Source: Octopus bimaculoides
Taxonomy: Eukaryota
Reading direction: 5' to 3'
DNA: 60,046 bases
Assembly: GCF_001194135.2 (NCBI RefSeq)
Contig: NC_069007.1
Location: forward strand, 11,302,136-11,362,181
In this document: piece by piece, positions 1 through 11,850 of the stretch
Layout: each line of letters opens with the position of its first letter
Numbering within the stretch: the stretch's first letter is position 1
Program-made: the position numbers and the translations under genes
Notes under the pieces: model-generated
What the model saw: the letters and a program-made list of their open reading frames with translations, nothing else
Told to the model about the DNA's origin: nothing
The model's database searches: none

Positions 1-81
1 GTAGAAATGTATGTATTATTGTTATTGCGATCTTTATTATTACTGTTGCTGTTCTTGTTGGTTGTAGTAGTAGTAGTAGTA

Positions 82-137
<56 letters not shown>

Positions 138-435
138 TTGAGTGCAACACCATGTTTTTATACACAGTGATCTGTTTATGTTTTGCATGTGAATGCTTCA
201 AGTGTCTACATATGTATGTGGATTGTGTGAGTATGTGTGTGGTTTAANNNNNNNNNNACACACACACACACATATATATATATACACACACACACACATA
301 CATATATGAATATATATATATGTATATGTGTGTGTGTGTGTGTATATATATACATACATATGTATACACACGTGTGTGTACATACACACATTATATATAC
401 ATACATACGTATGTATATATGTACATATGTGTGTT

Positions 436-497
<62 letters not shown>

Positions 498-605
498 TAT
501 ATAGAACAGCAATGAGTGGGTGTAGAAATGTATGTATTATTGTTATTGCAATCTTTATTATTACTGTTGCTGTTCTTGTTGGTTGTAGTAGTAGTAGTAG
601 TAGTA

Positions 606-646
<41 letters not shown>

Positions 647-756
647 TTGAGTGCAACACCATGTTTTTATACACAGTGATCTGTTTATGTTTTGCATGTG
701 AATGCTTCAAGTGTCTACATATGTATGTGGATTGTGTGAGTATGTGTGTGGTTTAA
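1..756. repeat. Near-identical duplication (1-247 and 522-756) on either side of a 10-N gap, each copy containing an (AGT)n tract
   Basis: Both copies begin gtagaaatgtatgtattattgttattgc and end ggtttaa. Copy 1 stops exactly at the gap. They differ in one base and in AGT repeat number. Confidence 0.85.
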
Positions 757-1474
757 TACATGTGAATGTGTGAACAGATGGCTATATGGATTGATGGAAG
801 GAGAGAGAGAAAGGGATATATGTTTTGACTGGAGAGGTGTGTATGTATGTGTGTATACATCAGTGTGTTTGTGGTGTGTGTGTGTGTTTGTTGTGCCAGC
901 TGAGACACTGTGTATATAACAATACACGTGGGAAAAACTGAAGATTTGCGTAGGTGTGTATTGTCAATAAAGCGTATACATTTGTATATATAATATTGCA
1001 TTACAAACAGTTTGGGGATAAGTGGCGGAAATGATCGTCAAAGAAATCTGCAGGAAAAACAAGAAGTTGGTTACTGGAAATTATCCCTTTATCAGCGCTT
1101 TAGACAATATTGTTCATTCCAGCTGTGTCCGTAACATATTTGAGCTGTGACCTTCGATGTCGTTGAACAACCAATCCCAACCAACCAGTGTTCAAATTAT
1201 GCGTTACACCATTCACCCTTTCAATGGATAAATAGAAAACATGGTTTTCCAGACCACCGTTTGACCTGTGAGGGTATATGGTGGGTATGAAGATTAAACA
1301 AAAGCATGAAAATGAATATTTAGGGTTGATAATGGCAAAAATACGAAGCGAAATGAACAGAGAATGTAAATGATGTTTCAAGTGAAAAGTTAATTTTAAG
1401 TCACAGAATGCAAAGGATAGAAAATGAAATGAATGAGTTATTGTATTTCGGGATGTTAATTATTTTTTTTTTTT

Positions 1475-1628
1475 TTACTTAAGTTATTTGACTGCAGCCA
1501 TGCTGGAGCACTGCCTTAAAAGGTATTAGTCAAAGAAATCAACCCCAAGGCTTATTCTTTGTAAGCCTAGTACTTATTCTATGGAACTCTTTTGCTGAAC
1601 TGCTAAGTTATGAGGACATAAAGACACC
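1475..1628 (-). mobile_element. SINE-A 3' fragment
   Basis: Matches the 3' half of the SINE-A copies at 8876-9263 and 52808-53219 (gactgcagccatgctggagcac...gtaagcctagtacttattct). Confidence 0.8.
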
Positions 1629-1980
1629 CATCGAAAATGGCAAATTCTTTATAAATATTAACCTTACTAATAGGTTTAATCCCAAATCTTAATGGAGACT
1701 TATGTTATACTCCTACTTGAAGTTTGGTGGCATTAGGTGTGGCAGTATACGCAGGACAACAACCCCTATACGCCACTGGTATGTACCATGTTACATTACA
1801 TAATCCACCTAGCATTATTTAACCTACTTTGTTATCTTTCTTCCTTTTTGGGAGGGATACTCAGTTCCTGGTGGAATTGTAGGGTTTTATTTTGAACCAA
1901 CGTGGAATCTGTATACTTCTGCTAGTCTAAACACAGCAAATGTCTTCCAAAAAGACATAGAAAGAGAAGAATCCATTCTT

Positions 1981-2130
1981 TTATTGGATCGGTACATGAA
2001 TTATTGACCCTGAAAGCAGAAAAGATAATGTTGACTTTGACAGGAATTGAACTCAGAATGCAGAGAATTTGAATGAATACTGAAAAGAATTATGTCCATT
2101 GCTCTATCAAATTTGCCAGTTTGCTATCTC
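1981..2130 (-). mobile_element. Degenerate SINE-D fragment
   Basis: ttattgaccctgaaag...gaattgaactcagaatg resembles the reverse complement of the SINE-D copy at 54709-54945. Confidence 0.5.
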
Positions 2131-2599
2131 TGTCAGTCTCTGTTCATCCATCAATTTGTGTGATCATGTATGTAAGTAAGTATTATGTACAATATCATGT
2201 ATGAATGCAGCATGGGTGAATGGTTAAGGTTTCAATTCCATTCCTAGACATTCTAGGGCAAGTGACTTCTGATATAGCCCCATGTTGACCCAGGATTTGT
2301 GAGCAAAATTGGGGAGATAGAAACTGTCTAATCCCGTTGGATGGACCATGTAGGGGATCCAAAATGATCCCAGTTCTGTCGCAAGCTGTGTCCTGTTGAT
2401 TCTGCTTGTGAAGTTAAGATGGACACACATATATGTGGAATACACAGCCACCTATGTTATAAAAAAACTTGTTTAATTGAACAAACAGCTGGAAAGTTAA
2501 TCATTAAAACTGATGTAGATCCATTTACACCTATTCCTACCTATTTATTGATTTACACACATGCCCGCACACAGAAACACACACATTCTCACATGTACA

Positions 2600-2631
<32 letters not shown>

Positions 2632-2783
2632 GTCTCTCTCACAAACACACACATCTACATGCACTCTTGCACACACATTGACATCTATCCTTACCTATCA
2701 ATTTATTTACTCACACAAACACACCTTACACACAAAACTTGTACACATGCACACCCACGTGTGCACACACACATACATACACG

Positions 2784-2822
<39 letters not shown>

Positions 2823-2873
2823 ATACACACATCAATAGGCACACGATTAATGGTAGTGTGTAGAGGTATGTGT

Positions 2874-3162
2874 GATGGCATGTGGTTTAGTAATTAGGGC
2901 ATTTGGGTCACAATTGCAAGCTCATAAGTTCAGTTTCCAGCGGCATATTGTGTCCTTGAGCAAGATACTTTATTTCATATTCCACTCAGCTGGCAAAAAT
3001 GAGTTGTACCTGGAATTCAAAAGGGCCAGCATTGTCACATTCTGTGTCACACGGAATCTCCCTGAGAACTACATTAACGGTAGACACATGTCTGTGGAGT
3101 GCTCAGCCACTTGCACATTAATGTCATGAGCAGGCTGTTCCGTCGATCAGATCAACTGGAAC
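2874..3162 (+). mobile_element. SINE-B (tRNA-type head plus conserved central domain)
   Basis: Collinear with 18199-18520: A/B-box-like head, gtgtccttgagcaagatactttatttca core, and tail ending gatcagatcaactggaac. Confidence 0.8.
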
Positions 3163-3169
3163 AAATACC

Positions 3170-3290
3170 AACCCTTTACAAAGTGTACTGGGTGCTTTTT
3201 ATGTGGCACCAACACTTCTGAAGTCAGTTTGGCATCGTTTTTATGACTGGATGCCTTTCTTAAGGCCAACCACTTTACAGAGTGGAGTGA
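3170..3290 (-). mobile_element. RTE-tail repeat fragment
   Basis: ctggatgcctttcttaaggccaaccact is the reverse complement of the gtggttggcgttaggaagggcatccag motif at 10315 and 23257. Confidence 0.6.
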
Positions 3291-4721
3291 GTGAGCAAGA
3301 GAGAAAGAGAGTGAGAGAGAGCAACAGTAAGAGAGAGCATGAGAGAGATGGTGGCAATTCTCAGTTTACAAGGATGTGAATGTAACAGGAATGATAGAAG
3401 GTTACCCAGGGTGTGTTCACGAGAATGCAAAATAGGAAGGGAGAGAGAGGAGGAATGTAGTTACTGGTGAAATCTGGGTATATAGGGAGGGACATCAGGA
3501 TAGCAATGATACAGTTAGCAGTGGGAGAAGGACAGGATTGGGCTGCAGGAGTGGGGTGGGAGAGATAAGCATAGTGCATGAAGAAGAGAAGATGCGAGGA
3601 AAAGGACAAGAGATGTAGTGTGGTTTATTGGGATAGGGTATCTGAAATTAATGTTCCATGTGGGTGGAACACACAGCACTTCAAGAACTCGGTTTCACTG
3701 AGATGGGTGAATCTTCTCAAGATCCTCATATCACCATGCATCTCAGTCCATAGTCATCTCCTCTGTAAGGCCCAGTTCCCTGAGATCAGTCCACACTACT
3801 TCACACACACACACACACACACACGCACGCGCGCGCGCACACACACACACATTTCATAGGTGCCATGCACTTTAAGCAATTGGTACTTCTTTATACAACA
3901 GTCCAGATTCATGTGCTTCACATGTCCAAAGGAATTTAGTCTTGTTTCTTGCATGCTTCATCTGATGCATGTTTGTGTGGATTGTGTGTGTTGATGTGTG
4001 CCTGTGCGTTTTTATATTTAGAAATAATATGAGGAATTAAAGGTATTGTAAAAGAGTTTTACAATGTAAAACATGTATGGTATTTGGGCAGGATGTGTTA
4101 AATTGTATACCAACCAAATATAGTGTGCAAATGCTGTGAAAAACCATGTTTGCATGATATACGAGGCACAGGTTATTTTCCAAATTAAACAGTTGTAGCA
4201 TAAACATTTTAAAATGAGTGTGCAGTGTAAGCCATCAAAATTGCATTCCGTAAGTAAATATTAATTAATCTCCTTTCTGTCAACACTTCAAATGTAAAAC
4301 TTCTTCCCTGAAGACAGAGGATAGAATCAATTTACATTCATTATTTTGGATCACCCCAGAAATAGCTGCTGGACTCATAAAACTCTTATTCAAGCCCTTT
4401 AATTTCTGTTTTTATATTTGTGTTTGTTGTTTGTGTGTATGTATTGTTTGCAAGTTTATGAATGCAAGCAATATGAGGGTTTGTATAAGGCAACAAGAAG
4501 TCCCCAGGGTTACATGAATACCTCAAGGTATAATAAGGTTCCTGATGCACTGTGTTGGGTACATCTACTCGAATGTGAACACACATTCAGAACAAACTAT
4601 GAATGAGGGTATTAAAATAGATAAAAATATGACAATAAAAAATTAAACAAAAACAAAACAAAAGGACTCTATAATAATCATATTAGAAGTTTTAGGTTCA
4701 AATGAATTGTGTGTGTGTGTG

Positions 4722-5245
4722 TACTATGATTATTCTGCCAGCTTGTTGAGGCAATTACAAAAGGCTATCAAAATCAAATACCCATGCAAACTGACAAAAG
4801 GGGTCTTGTTTCATCAGGACAATGCTCCAGCACACAAGTTGTAGGTTGCAATGGCAGCTGTGCATGACTGGCTTTGAACAACCTCCCTATTCTTATGATT
4901 TGACCCCCCCCCCNNNNNNNNNNNNNNNNNNNNNNNNNNNNNNNNNNNNNNNNNNNNNNNNNNNNNCCCCCCCCATCTGACTATCATCTGTTCCTCCAAC
5001 ATGAAGAAACACTTGGTTTGGTACCAGTGTTGCAATGATGATGACATCACATCTGCTGTTGATGACTTCTTTGACCAACAGGATGAAAGCTTCTGCACCA
5101 ATGGGATCCAAACACTGGAACGCAGATGGAAAAAGTGTGTGGACCACAATGGGGGTAGGGGAATTATGTTGAAAAATTAACCTCATTTGATCACAGTTCA
5201 TGAGAGTATCTTGCTCAGCCTATTAACTTTACAGCCAACCTCCAC
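4722..5245 (+). mobile_element. Mariner transposon 3' fragment (transposase C-terminus plus degenerate TIR)
   Basis: Manual translation with frameshifts: VLFHQDNAPAHK...PPYSYDLTP[gap]PSDYHLF...NMKKHL...FFDQQDESFCTNGIQTLERRWKKCVDHNGG...YVEK. TIR-like aactttacagccaacctc near 5225-5242. Confidence 0.85.
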
Positions 5246-5643
5246 ACCCAAATACACACGCACACACACACACAATCCATGCACATCAGTTTAATTGGCA
5301 ATTGGCAATCCATATTTATTTTGAAGTCAATGATAGAGTCTAATATAACAAGTGAAATGACAGCAAGTCTTCTCCTTCTCGCCATATCATTCCCTTTTGT
5401 CTTAAAAAGAATTATAAATGAGAAAGGTGCATGGAATAATGGAATCTTAGATACACTATTCCTGCTTGAATGATTATGGGTTGGACTACTTTGATCATAA
5501 GTTTATTTGATCAGGACTGACCTAGGGCTAAATAAGCTACAACAAAACCATCTATATATAGAAAATATGTTTACATTTCACTGTTATATTATAGTAAAGA
5601 TGATATAGTACAGTATAATATACACATGTATATCTTCTATAGT

Positions 5644-6037
5644 TTACTTTTTTCAGTCATTAGTCTGTGGCCATGCTGGGGCATCACCTTGGAGAATTTT
5701 AATTGAACAAATCAATTCTAGTACATTTTATTTTTTTGTAAATTCTGGTACTTATTCTGTTTTTCTCTTTTGTCAAACCACTAAGTTATAGGGACATAAA
5801 CATACCAACACTAGTTGTCAGGTGATAGTAGGGGACAAATACAGACACAAAGACATACACACATACACACACATGACAAGCTTCTATCAGTTTCCATCTA
5901 CCAAATCCACTCATTAGGAACTTTGATTGTCCTGTGGCAAGGCACTTTGGTTGCTCAGGGTGCTACACAATGGGACTGAAACCAGAACCCTGCGGTTGGG
6001 AAGCAAGCTTCTTACCACATAGCCACGCCTGCACCTA
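5644..6037 (-). mobile_element. SINE-A, near full length with an internal deletion
   Basis: Head (rc taggtgcaggcgtggctatgtggtaagaagcttgc), core and tail are collinear with other SINE-A copies. Confidence 0.85.
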
Positions 6038-6109
6038 TATATATATATATATATATATACATACATACATACACACACACACATACACATGCACACACAC
6101 ACACATATA

Positions 6110-7390
6110 TTAAGTTGTCTGGATAGTTCTGAGCATTTTTTAATATATAAAAAGGGATATAATAATTGACTTTACAATAAATTTCATTCACTGAAATAAT
6201 TTCCATTATTATTAATGACCGTTGCCCATCTATCTGGCAATTTAAATATTTCATCAGCATAAAATTTGACTGGAAAAAAGTTATCTAGATGCATTTTGAA
6301 TCCATCTAAATTGTTGAATGTTTTTCCTTGCTATGAGTTCTGTAGATACAAAAGCAAGTGGTAGTCAGATGGCGCAATATCAGGACAATATGGTGAATGG
6401 GGTAAGAGATACCAGCCAAGTTCATGAAACTTTGTTTGGGTAGCCAAAGCCACATGTGGTTAGGCATTGTCTTGTTGGAACATTACCCCTTTCCTGCTGG
6501 CAATCTTTGGCCTCAATTCTTCGATTTTTTTGGTTCAAATTAGCTAGCTGATGACAGTACACATCAGAATTAATGGTCTGGTTTTGTGAGAGAAGTTCAT
6601 AATAAATAATGCCTTTATGATCTCACGAAGCACAACGCATGGATTTTATAGCATGGATATTTATCTTTGGTTGCTGTTTTGGAGGAGCCTTATGCAAACT
6701 CCAGGATCTTTTTCACACTACATTTTCATACACAATCCATTTTTCAATTCCAGTCACAAGTTGTTTCAAAAAAGGCATGTTTTCATTTTGTTTCAAAAGC
6801 ATATTACAAACAGAATACTGATCCAAGCAATTATTTTCTGAGAGTTTGTGAGGGATCCATACCATATAGTGAAAAATATATCCTAGCTTCATAGGTGTTC
6901 ATAAGCCATACCTTTAGAAAAATTCTGACTCTTCTGCAAGCTCTCTAGTTATGATATTTGAGTTTTCTTCGATTTTTGCCTTCAAAATATCTTCATCCAA
7001 TTTTGAAGGTCTTCCACTGTGACTGTCATCTTCCAAGCTAAACTCTCCAGCTTTAAATTTTGCAAACCATCTTCAAACAGTTTATACACCTACAGAATCA
7101 TGACCATAAACTTCACAAATGTTTCTGCAAGTCTTTGCAGCATTTTCTCCTTTTTTTTAAAAAAAAGAAAAGCATTACAATGCAAATACAAAACATTTGG
7201 TTCTCTATTTCAATTGTCAATAAAGAGTAACCAGAATTAAAGATAAATCTGTTTTTAGTCAAGAACAAAGAAGAGATATACTACCACTTCAAGTAATGCC
7301 AATGTTTTAGCTGTGTTACGTTTCTGATGTGTTCAATAAAGCATTAAAAGATTTAGCTTAAAAATGCTCAGAACTTTTTGTCCAACCTTA
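6110..7390 (-). mobile_element. Full-length decayed mariner transposon (1281 bp, Hsmar1/cecropia-like TIR start)
   Basis: ~31-bp TIRs TTAAGTTGTCTGGATAGTTCTGAGCATTTTT and rc TAAGGTTGGACAAAAAGTTCTGAGCATTTTT. TA on both sides (6108-6109, 7391-7392). Length is typical of mariner. Confidence 0.92.
6186..7195 (-). pseudogene. Mariner transposase pseudogene
   Basis: Translation across stops and frameshifts: GENAAKTCRNICEVYG...RWFAKFKAGEFSLEDDSHSGRP...WIPHKL...FLKQLVTGIEKW...GIIYYELL...VMFQQDNA*PH...HSPYCPDIAPSDYHL...LPDRWATVINNNGNYF. Confidence 0.9.
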
Positions 7391-7890
7391 TATATATATA
7401 TATATATATATACAAGTACACACAAATATACATACTTAAGCATGTTCATGCACACGCACACACACACACATTGCCTGGCCTTAGAAAATCTGCCTCACAT
7501 ATACTCTATCCATTTCATGGAAGCATGGAAAAGTTGATGTTTAATGATTATGATGATGATGAGAATTATATAATCTAATAATAGATGTATATTATATAAT
7601 ATTGTGATAGATATATATATCATATAATATTATAAAAGATATATATCATAATAGGTATATCTATACTATAATGGAGAAAGCTGCTTACAAATTAATTGGA
7701 ATTATGTAACTTTACTATAAGAAAGCAATTGCTAAATTTTCCATTGACTAGAAAATTTTAAAAAATTTCCTGTTTTAATATATTTTTATCAGAATGGGGT
7801 TTTATGATTTCTTTTCAACTAAACAATTAATTTTAATTTGCTGTTGACATTTAAAAAAATTTTAAGCTACAAAGCATCTGACTTCCTCAC

Positions 7891-7893
<3 letters not shown>

Positions 7894-7953
<60 letters not shown>
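7894..7953. repeat. (CT)n microsatellite, one example of the many (TA)n, (CA)n, (CT)n and (GATA)n tracts in the window
   Basis: Seen directly in the sequence. Confidence 0.95.
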
Positions 7954-7957
<4 letters not shown>

Positions 7958-8197
7958 AACTACTTAGCTAAAATCTCCACCATTCACGTTATCGTAGTTC
8001 ATATGATGAACAGGAACTGAAATAAAAAAATCATTTCCCATTGCTGTACATCTGTAGCTGTGTGTTTATATAGGTTAAATTTAATATTAATATTAGGGTT
8101 TAGTATTTATATTAATACAGTTTAGTATTAATATTTCAGTACAAATATATAAGTTGACAAAAAAAGGAATAAGTTAGAACCAATCTTTTATATTTTA

Positions 8198-8433
8198 TCT
8201 TTCGCTTGTCTCAGTCATCAGAGCACGGCTATGCTGGGGCACTGCTTTGAAGAATCTTTAGTCAGCTGCATTGACCCCAGTACATACTGTTTGGAAGCCT
8301 GGTGCTTATTCTATCAGTCATATTTTGTTGATTTGCTAAGTTATGGGGATGTAAACACACCTACACCAGTTGTCAAGTGGTAGTAGTGGTGGTGGAGGAC
8401 AGACACAGACACACAAACATGCACACAAACAAA

Positions 8434-8477
<44 letters not shown>

Positions 8478-8643
8478 TGCACACACATATGTATGTTTTT
8501 TTCAGTTTCCGTCTACCAAATCCACTCACAAGGCTTTAGTTGGTCCGAGGTTATAGTAGAAGACACTTGTCAAAGGTATCAAACAGTGGGACTGAACCCT
8601 GAACTATGTAGTTGAGAAGCAAGCTTCTTACCACACAGCTGCC
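8198..8643 (-). mobile_element. SINE-A, near full length
   Basis: cagtttccgtctaccaaatccactcacaaggcttt...gggactgaaccc...cttaccacacagc, with an internal (CA)n. Confidence 0.88.
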
Positions 8644-8875
8644 AATAGGATTTTATTCCAGTACATCCCCCAACATTTTCATGATGCATTTAAAAACACT
8701 TTGAGCATCAGAGATTTTGGGTTTCAATTTTTTTTTAGTAACAAACAAGCAATCGGAATATATATTATACAAAACAAACTATATCAATAAATATACATTT
8801 TAAAAGCAAATGAAATATATCTATATGCAAAACAAAATATAATCATACACAATGGTTATGCAAAAAATATACTGA

Positions 8876-9263
8876 TAGGTGCGGGAGTGGCTGTGTGGTA
8901 AGTAGCTTGTTTACCAACCACATGGTTCTGGGTTCAGTCCCACTGCATGGCACCTTGGGCAAGTGTCTTCTACTATAGCCCCAAGATGACCAAAGCCTTG
9001 CTAGTGGATTTGGTAGACGGAAAGTGAAAGAAGCCCGTTGTATATATATGTGTGTGTTTGTGTGTCCGTGTTTGTACCCCCACCATCGCTTGACAACTGA
9101 TGTTGGTGTGTTTATGTACCTGTAACTTAGTGGTTCAGCAAAAGAGACTGCTAGAATAAGTACTAGGCTTACAAAGAATAAGTCTTGGGGTCAATTTCTT
9201 CGACTAAAGTTGGTGCTCCAGCATGGCTGCAGTCAAATGACTGAAACAAATGAAAGAATAAAA
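8876..9263 (+). mobile_element. SINE-A, full length (tRNA-derived head, CORE-like motif, tail)
   Basis: A-box-like TGGCTGTGTGG, B-box-like GGTTCAGTCCC, accttgggcaagt motif resembling the CORE-SINE domain, and 3' end gtcaaatgactgaaacaa. Confidence 0.92.
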
Positions 9264-9789
9264 GCTTTTCAGTTCAACTTCTTCAAAAGAGGAGATGCAC
9301 AAAATACATACTTCATCTGTCAGAAAGCCAACAAATACTTGGGGAAGGATTTGGTGGGGTAATATGAAATTGATTTCATATTACTTCACTAGCCCCTTCC
9401 TAGTATGAATGCAGTTTCAAGCTACCAGCAGGTGAGCTGAAATGGGAGTTAAGGCTCTGAAGTTGTTATAGTGACATAATTTGAAAAAAACAAATGTCAA
9501 CAGTAGATTTGTTAGTATGATTATTTCGTTACAGGCCTTAGGATACACCCACATGATCCCTGCCATTTCTAGCGTAATAATCACCCACAAAGAGGATGGA
9601 CTACTTTTGAGTTTGTTTAAAAGACAGAGATTAAGTTTGTGATAAAATAATGAAAGAAATATTTACTGAGTGAATTCTATGAGACGAATAAAAGATACAA
9701 AGAAACAGAGAAAAATTACACAAATTTGGAAGGATATGTATAAATATTTAGTAACTAGTAAAGAACTGCCTGGAGGGCAGCCTTTCTGC

Positions 9790-10458
9790 TACTCTAACTG
9801 TGGAGGGAACCTGTGGTAAAGGTAGTCTCGGAAAGACATTGGATGAAGTGGTGAAGAATGATCTTCGAACTTTGAGCTTCACAAAGGCAATGACAATGAC
9901 CGAGACCTTTGGTGATATGCTGTGTTTGAGAAGACCTGTCAAGCCAAGTGAAATCGTAGTCATGGCTGATGCTGGTGTCACATAACTGGCACCCGTGCCA
10001 CTGGCACGTAAAGAGCATCTTTTGAGCGTTGGGCCTCACTGAGGCAAAGTGGCTGAATTCCTTTCGAGCATTGGGCCCCTTGGAGGCAAGGTAGCTGAGT
10101 TCCTTTTGAGCATTGGGCCTCATGGAGCCAAAGTGGCTGAGTTCCTTTTGAGTGTTGGGCCTCACAGAGGCAATGACCAAGTCCTTTGGCATTATGTCAT
10201 GCTTAAGAAGAAGACCCGATAAGCCGAGCAAAATCGCCGTCGTAGCAGATACTGGTTTCACGCAAATGGTATCCATGCCATTGGCATGTAGAAGCACTTG
10301 TTACACTCTCAGAGTGGTTGGTGTTAGGAAGGGCATCCAGATGCAGAAAACCATGCCAGATCAGACCAGAATCTGGTGCAGTCTTCCAGCTTACCAGCCC
10401 TGGTCAAACCATCCAACCCATGCCAGCATGGACAACGGACATTAAATGATTATGATGA
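9790..10458 (+). mobile_element. RTE-clade LINE 3' end (ORF2 C-terminus duplicated around a 42-bp array) with (GAT)n-type tail
   Basis: VEGTCGKGSLGKTLDEVVKNDLRTLSFTKAMT resembles the RTE C-terminal GR(P)xKTWxExVxxDL motif. The 3' UTR ends ccaacccatgccagcatggacaacggacattaaatgat. Confidence 0.8.
10019..10170 (+). repeat. 42-bp tandem repeat, about 3.5 units
   Basis: Units gagc(g/a)ttgggcc...gctga(a/g)ttcctt start at 10024, 10066, 10108 and 10150. Confidence 0.95.
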
Positions 10459-10579
10459 AATCTATAATATTTTAATAGATATATAATTGTATAATAGATA
10501 TATATTATAACTGATATATGATATTGTAATAGAAATATAATATTATAATAGATATATAACATTATAAACAGTGCAGTAA

Positions 10580-11420
10580 TTGGCTGAAGAAGAAGAATGA
10601 CAGATTGAATGCTGTGTGGTATTTAGCTTTATTAGTTTATGTTCTGAGTTCAAATCTTGCCAAGGTCAGCGTTGCCTGTCAGTGTTCTGAGGTTGATGAA
10701 ATAAAGGACCAATCAAGCAGAGGGGTTGAATTAACCCTTTGGTATTCAGATTATTCTGTCTAATGTAATTCTTATTTATTCACATTGTTTTGAATTAATC
10801 AGGCATTATCTTGTAGCTTTGAGATTTCGATGTTGTGATTGTCTGTTTTTGGAATGACATTTTAGGGTCGCTGTTAGAGGCTAGATATCAATAGATTGGA
10901 CATAAAACAGAATATTTTTGCTGGATATGACTGGTTTAAATGCTAAAGGGTTAAATCAGTTACAATTCCCTGCCTCTCCTTAAATTTATGGATGTGTTCA
11001 TGTAAGAAATCATTAATAGATTGATGGAATCGTTAGTGCATTGGATAAAATGCTTAGTTATTGTACTTTATGTTCTGAGTTCAAATCTTACCAAGGTTGA
11101 CTTTGTCTTTCCTCCTTTGATAAAATAAAGTGCCAGTCAGTTACTGAGATCAATATAATATTCTGTTCCCTTTCCACAAATTTGTGGCCCTTATATCAGT
11201 GTAAGAAATTAAGGATGATGGATTAAGCAGAATTGTTCGAGCATGGGATTAAATGCCTGGTGGTATTTATGCTAGCTCTTTATTTTCCGAGTTCAAATCC
11301 TGCTAAAATCAGCTTTGTCTGTCCTCCATGAGGAGTCAATAAAAGAAAACAAAGAACTGTCAAATACTGGTGATAATTTTATTGACTAATGCCCACCTCT
11401 AAAAAATTGTTGGTGTTGTT
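10580..11420 (+). mobile_element. Three head-to-tail degenerate SINE-D copies
   Basis: The B-box motif ttc(t/c)gagttcaaatc recurs near 10622, 11073 and 11286 with SINE-D-like flanks. Confidence 0.65.
10735..10950. mobile_element. piggyBac-type MITE (216 bp) nested in a SINE-D
   Basis: TTAA at 10731-10734 and 10951-10954. TIRs CCCTTTGGTATT and rc CCCTTTAGCATT. Confidence 0.85.
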
Positions 11421-11451
11421 GTCGTCATCAAAGATTGTCTGTGTAGAGTAA

Positions 11452-11662
11452 TAGTTCTCAACTGGTGTCCAGATGACCCATGGGGGTCCAGCTGGCACTG
11501 AGGATTCCAAATGGCTCTTGGGGATCCATATAAGATTTTGTTGTTAGAATTTATCTGCAATTGGTTATACTTGTACAATACACAAAATATTTCAACAATT
11601 TTTTTTCTACAATTCCTAATAATATCTAATCATAAAAATATAATAGTATTTGTTTTTTCAAA
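11452..11662. mobile_element. Possible hAT-like MITE left-end fragment
   Basis: Starts atagttctcaactgg...ggggtcca, like hAT CAGTGGTTCTCAAC ends. No right TIR or TSD found. Confidence 0.3.
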
Positions 11663-11850
11663 TGTGGAGGCGCAATAGCCCAGTGGTTAGGACAGCAGAC
11701 TCGTGGTCATGGGATTGCGATTTCAATTCCCAGATCGAGCGTTGTGTTTATTGCGTGAAAACACCTAAAGCTCCACAAGGCTCTGGCAGGGGGTGATGGC
11801 GAACCCTACTGTACTCTTTCACCACAACTTTCTTTCGCTCTTTCTTCCTG
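11663..11850 (+). mobile_element. SINE-E 5' half
   Basis: tRNA-like head tggaggcgcaatagcccagtggttagg...tttcaattccc, collinear with 49816-50105 and 52008-52207. Confidence 0.85.

Noticed and set aside
1-756. Apparent tandem duplication as a biological event
   Set aside because: Copy 1 ends exactly at a 10-N gap and the copies are nearly identical, so uncollapsed haplotypes or an assembly overlap is more likely.
1000-1381. Unique segment with splice-like signals and 40-90-codon open stretches on both strands
   Set aside because: No consistent exon model and no recognisable protein.
4308-4375. CTGAAGA...GAAATAGCTGCT as a hammerhead
   Set aside because: No convincing helix II, the cleavage triplet lacks the U, and the GAAATAGC motif matches repeat family G.
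4455-4606. Possible terminal exon (YECKQYEG...RTNYE*) followed by AATAAA
   Set aside because: No recognisable homology and no compatible upstream exon.
10019-10170. 42-bp repeats as a CRISPR array or a repeat protein (ORF 9794-10297)
   Set aside because: There are no unique spacers, the context is eukaryotic, and the unit derives from RTE sequence.
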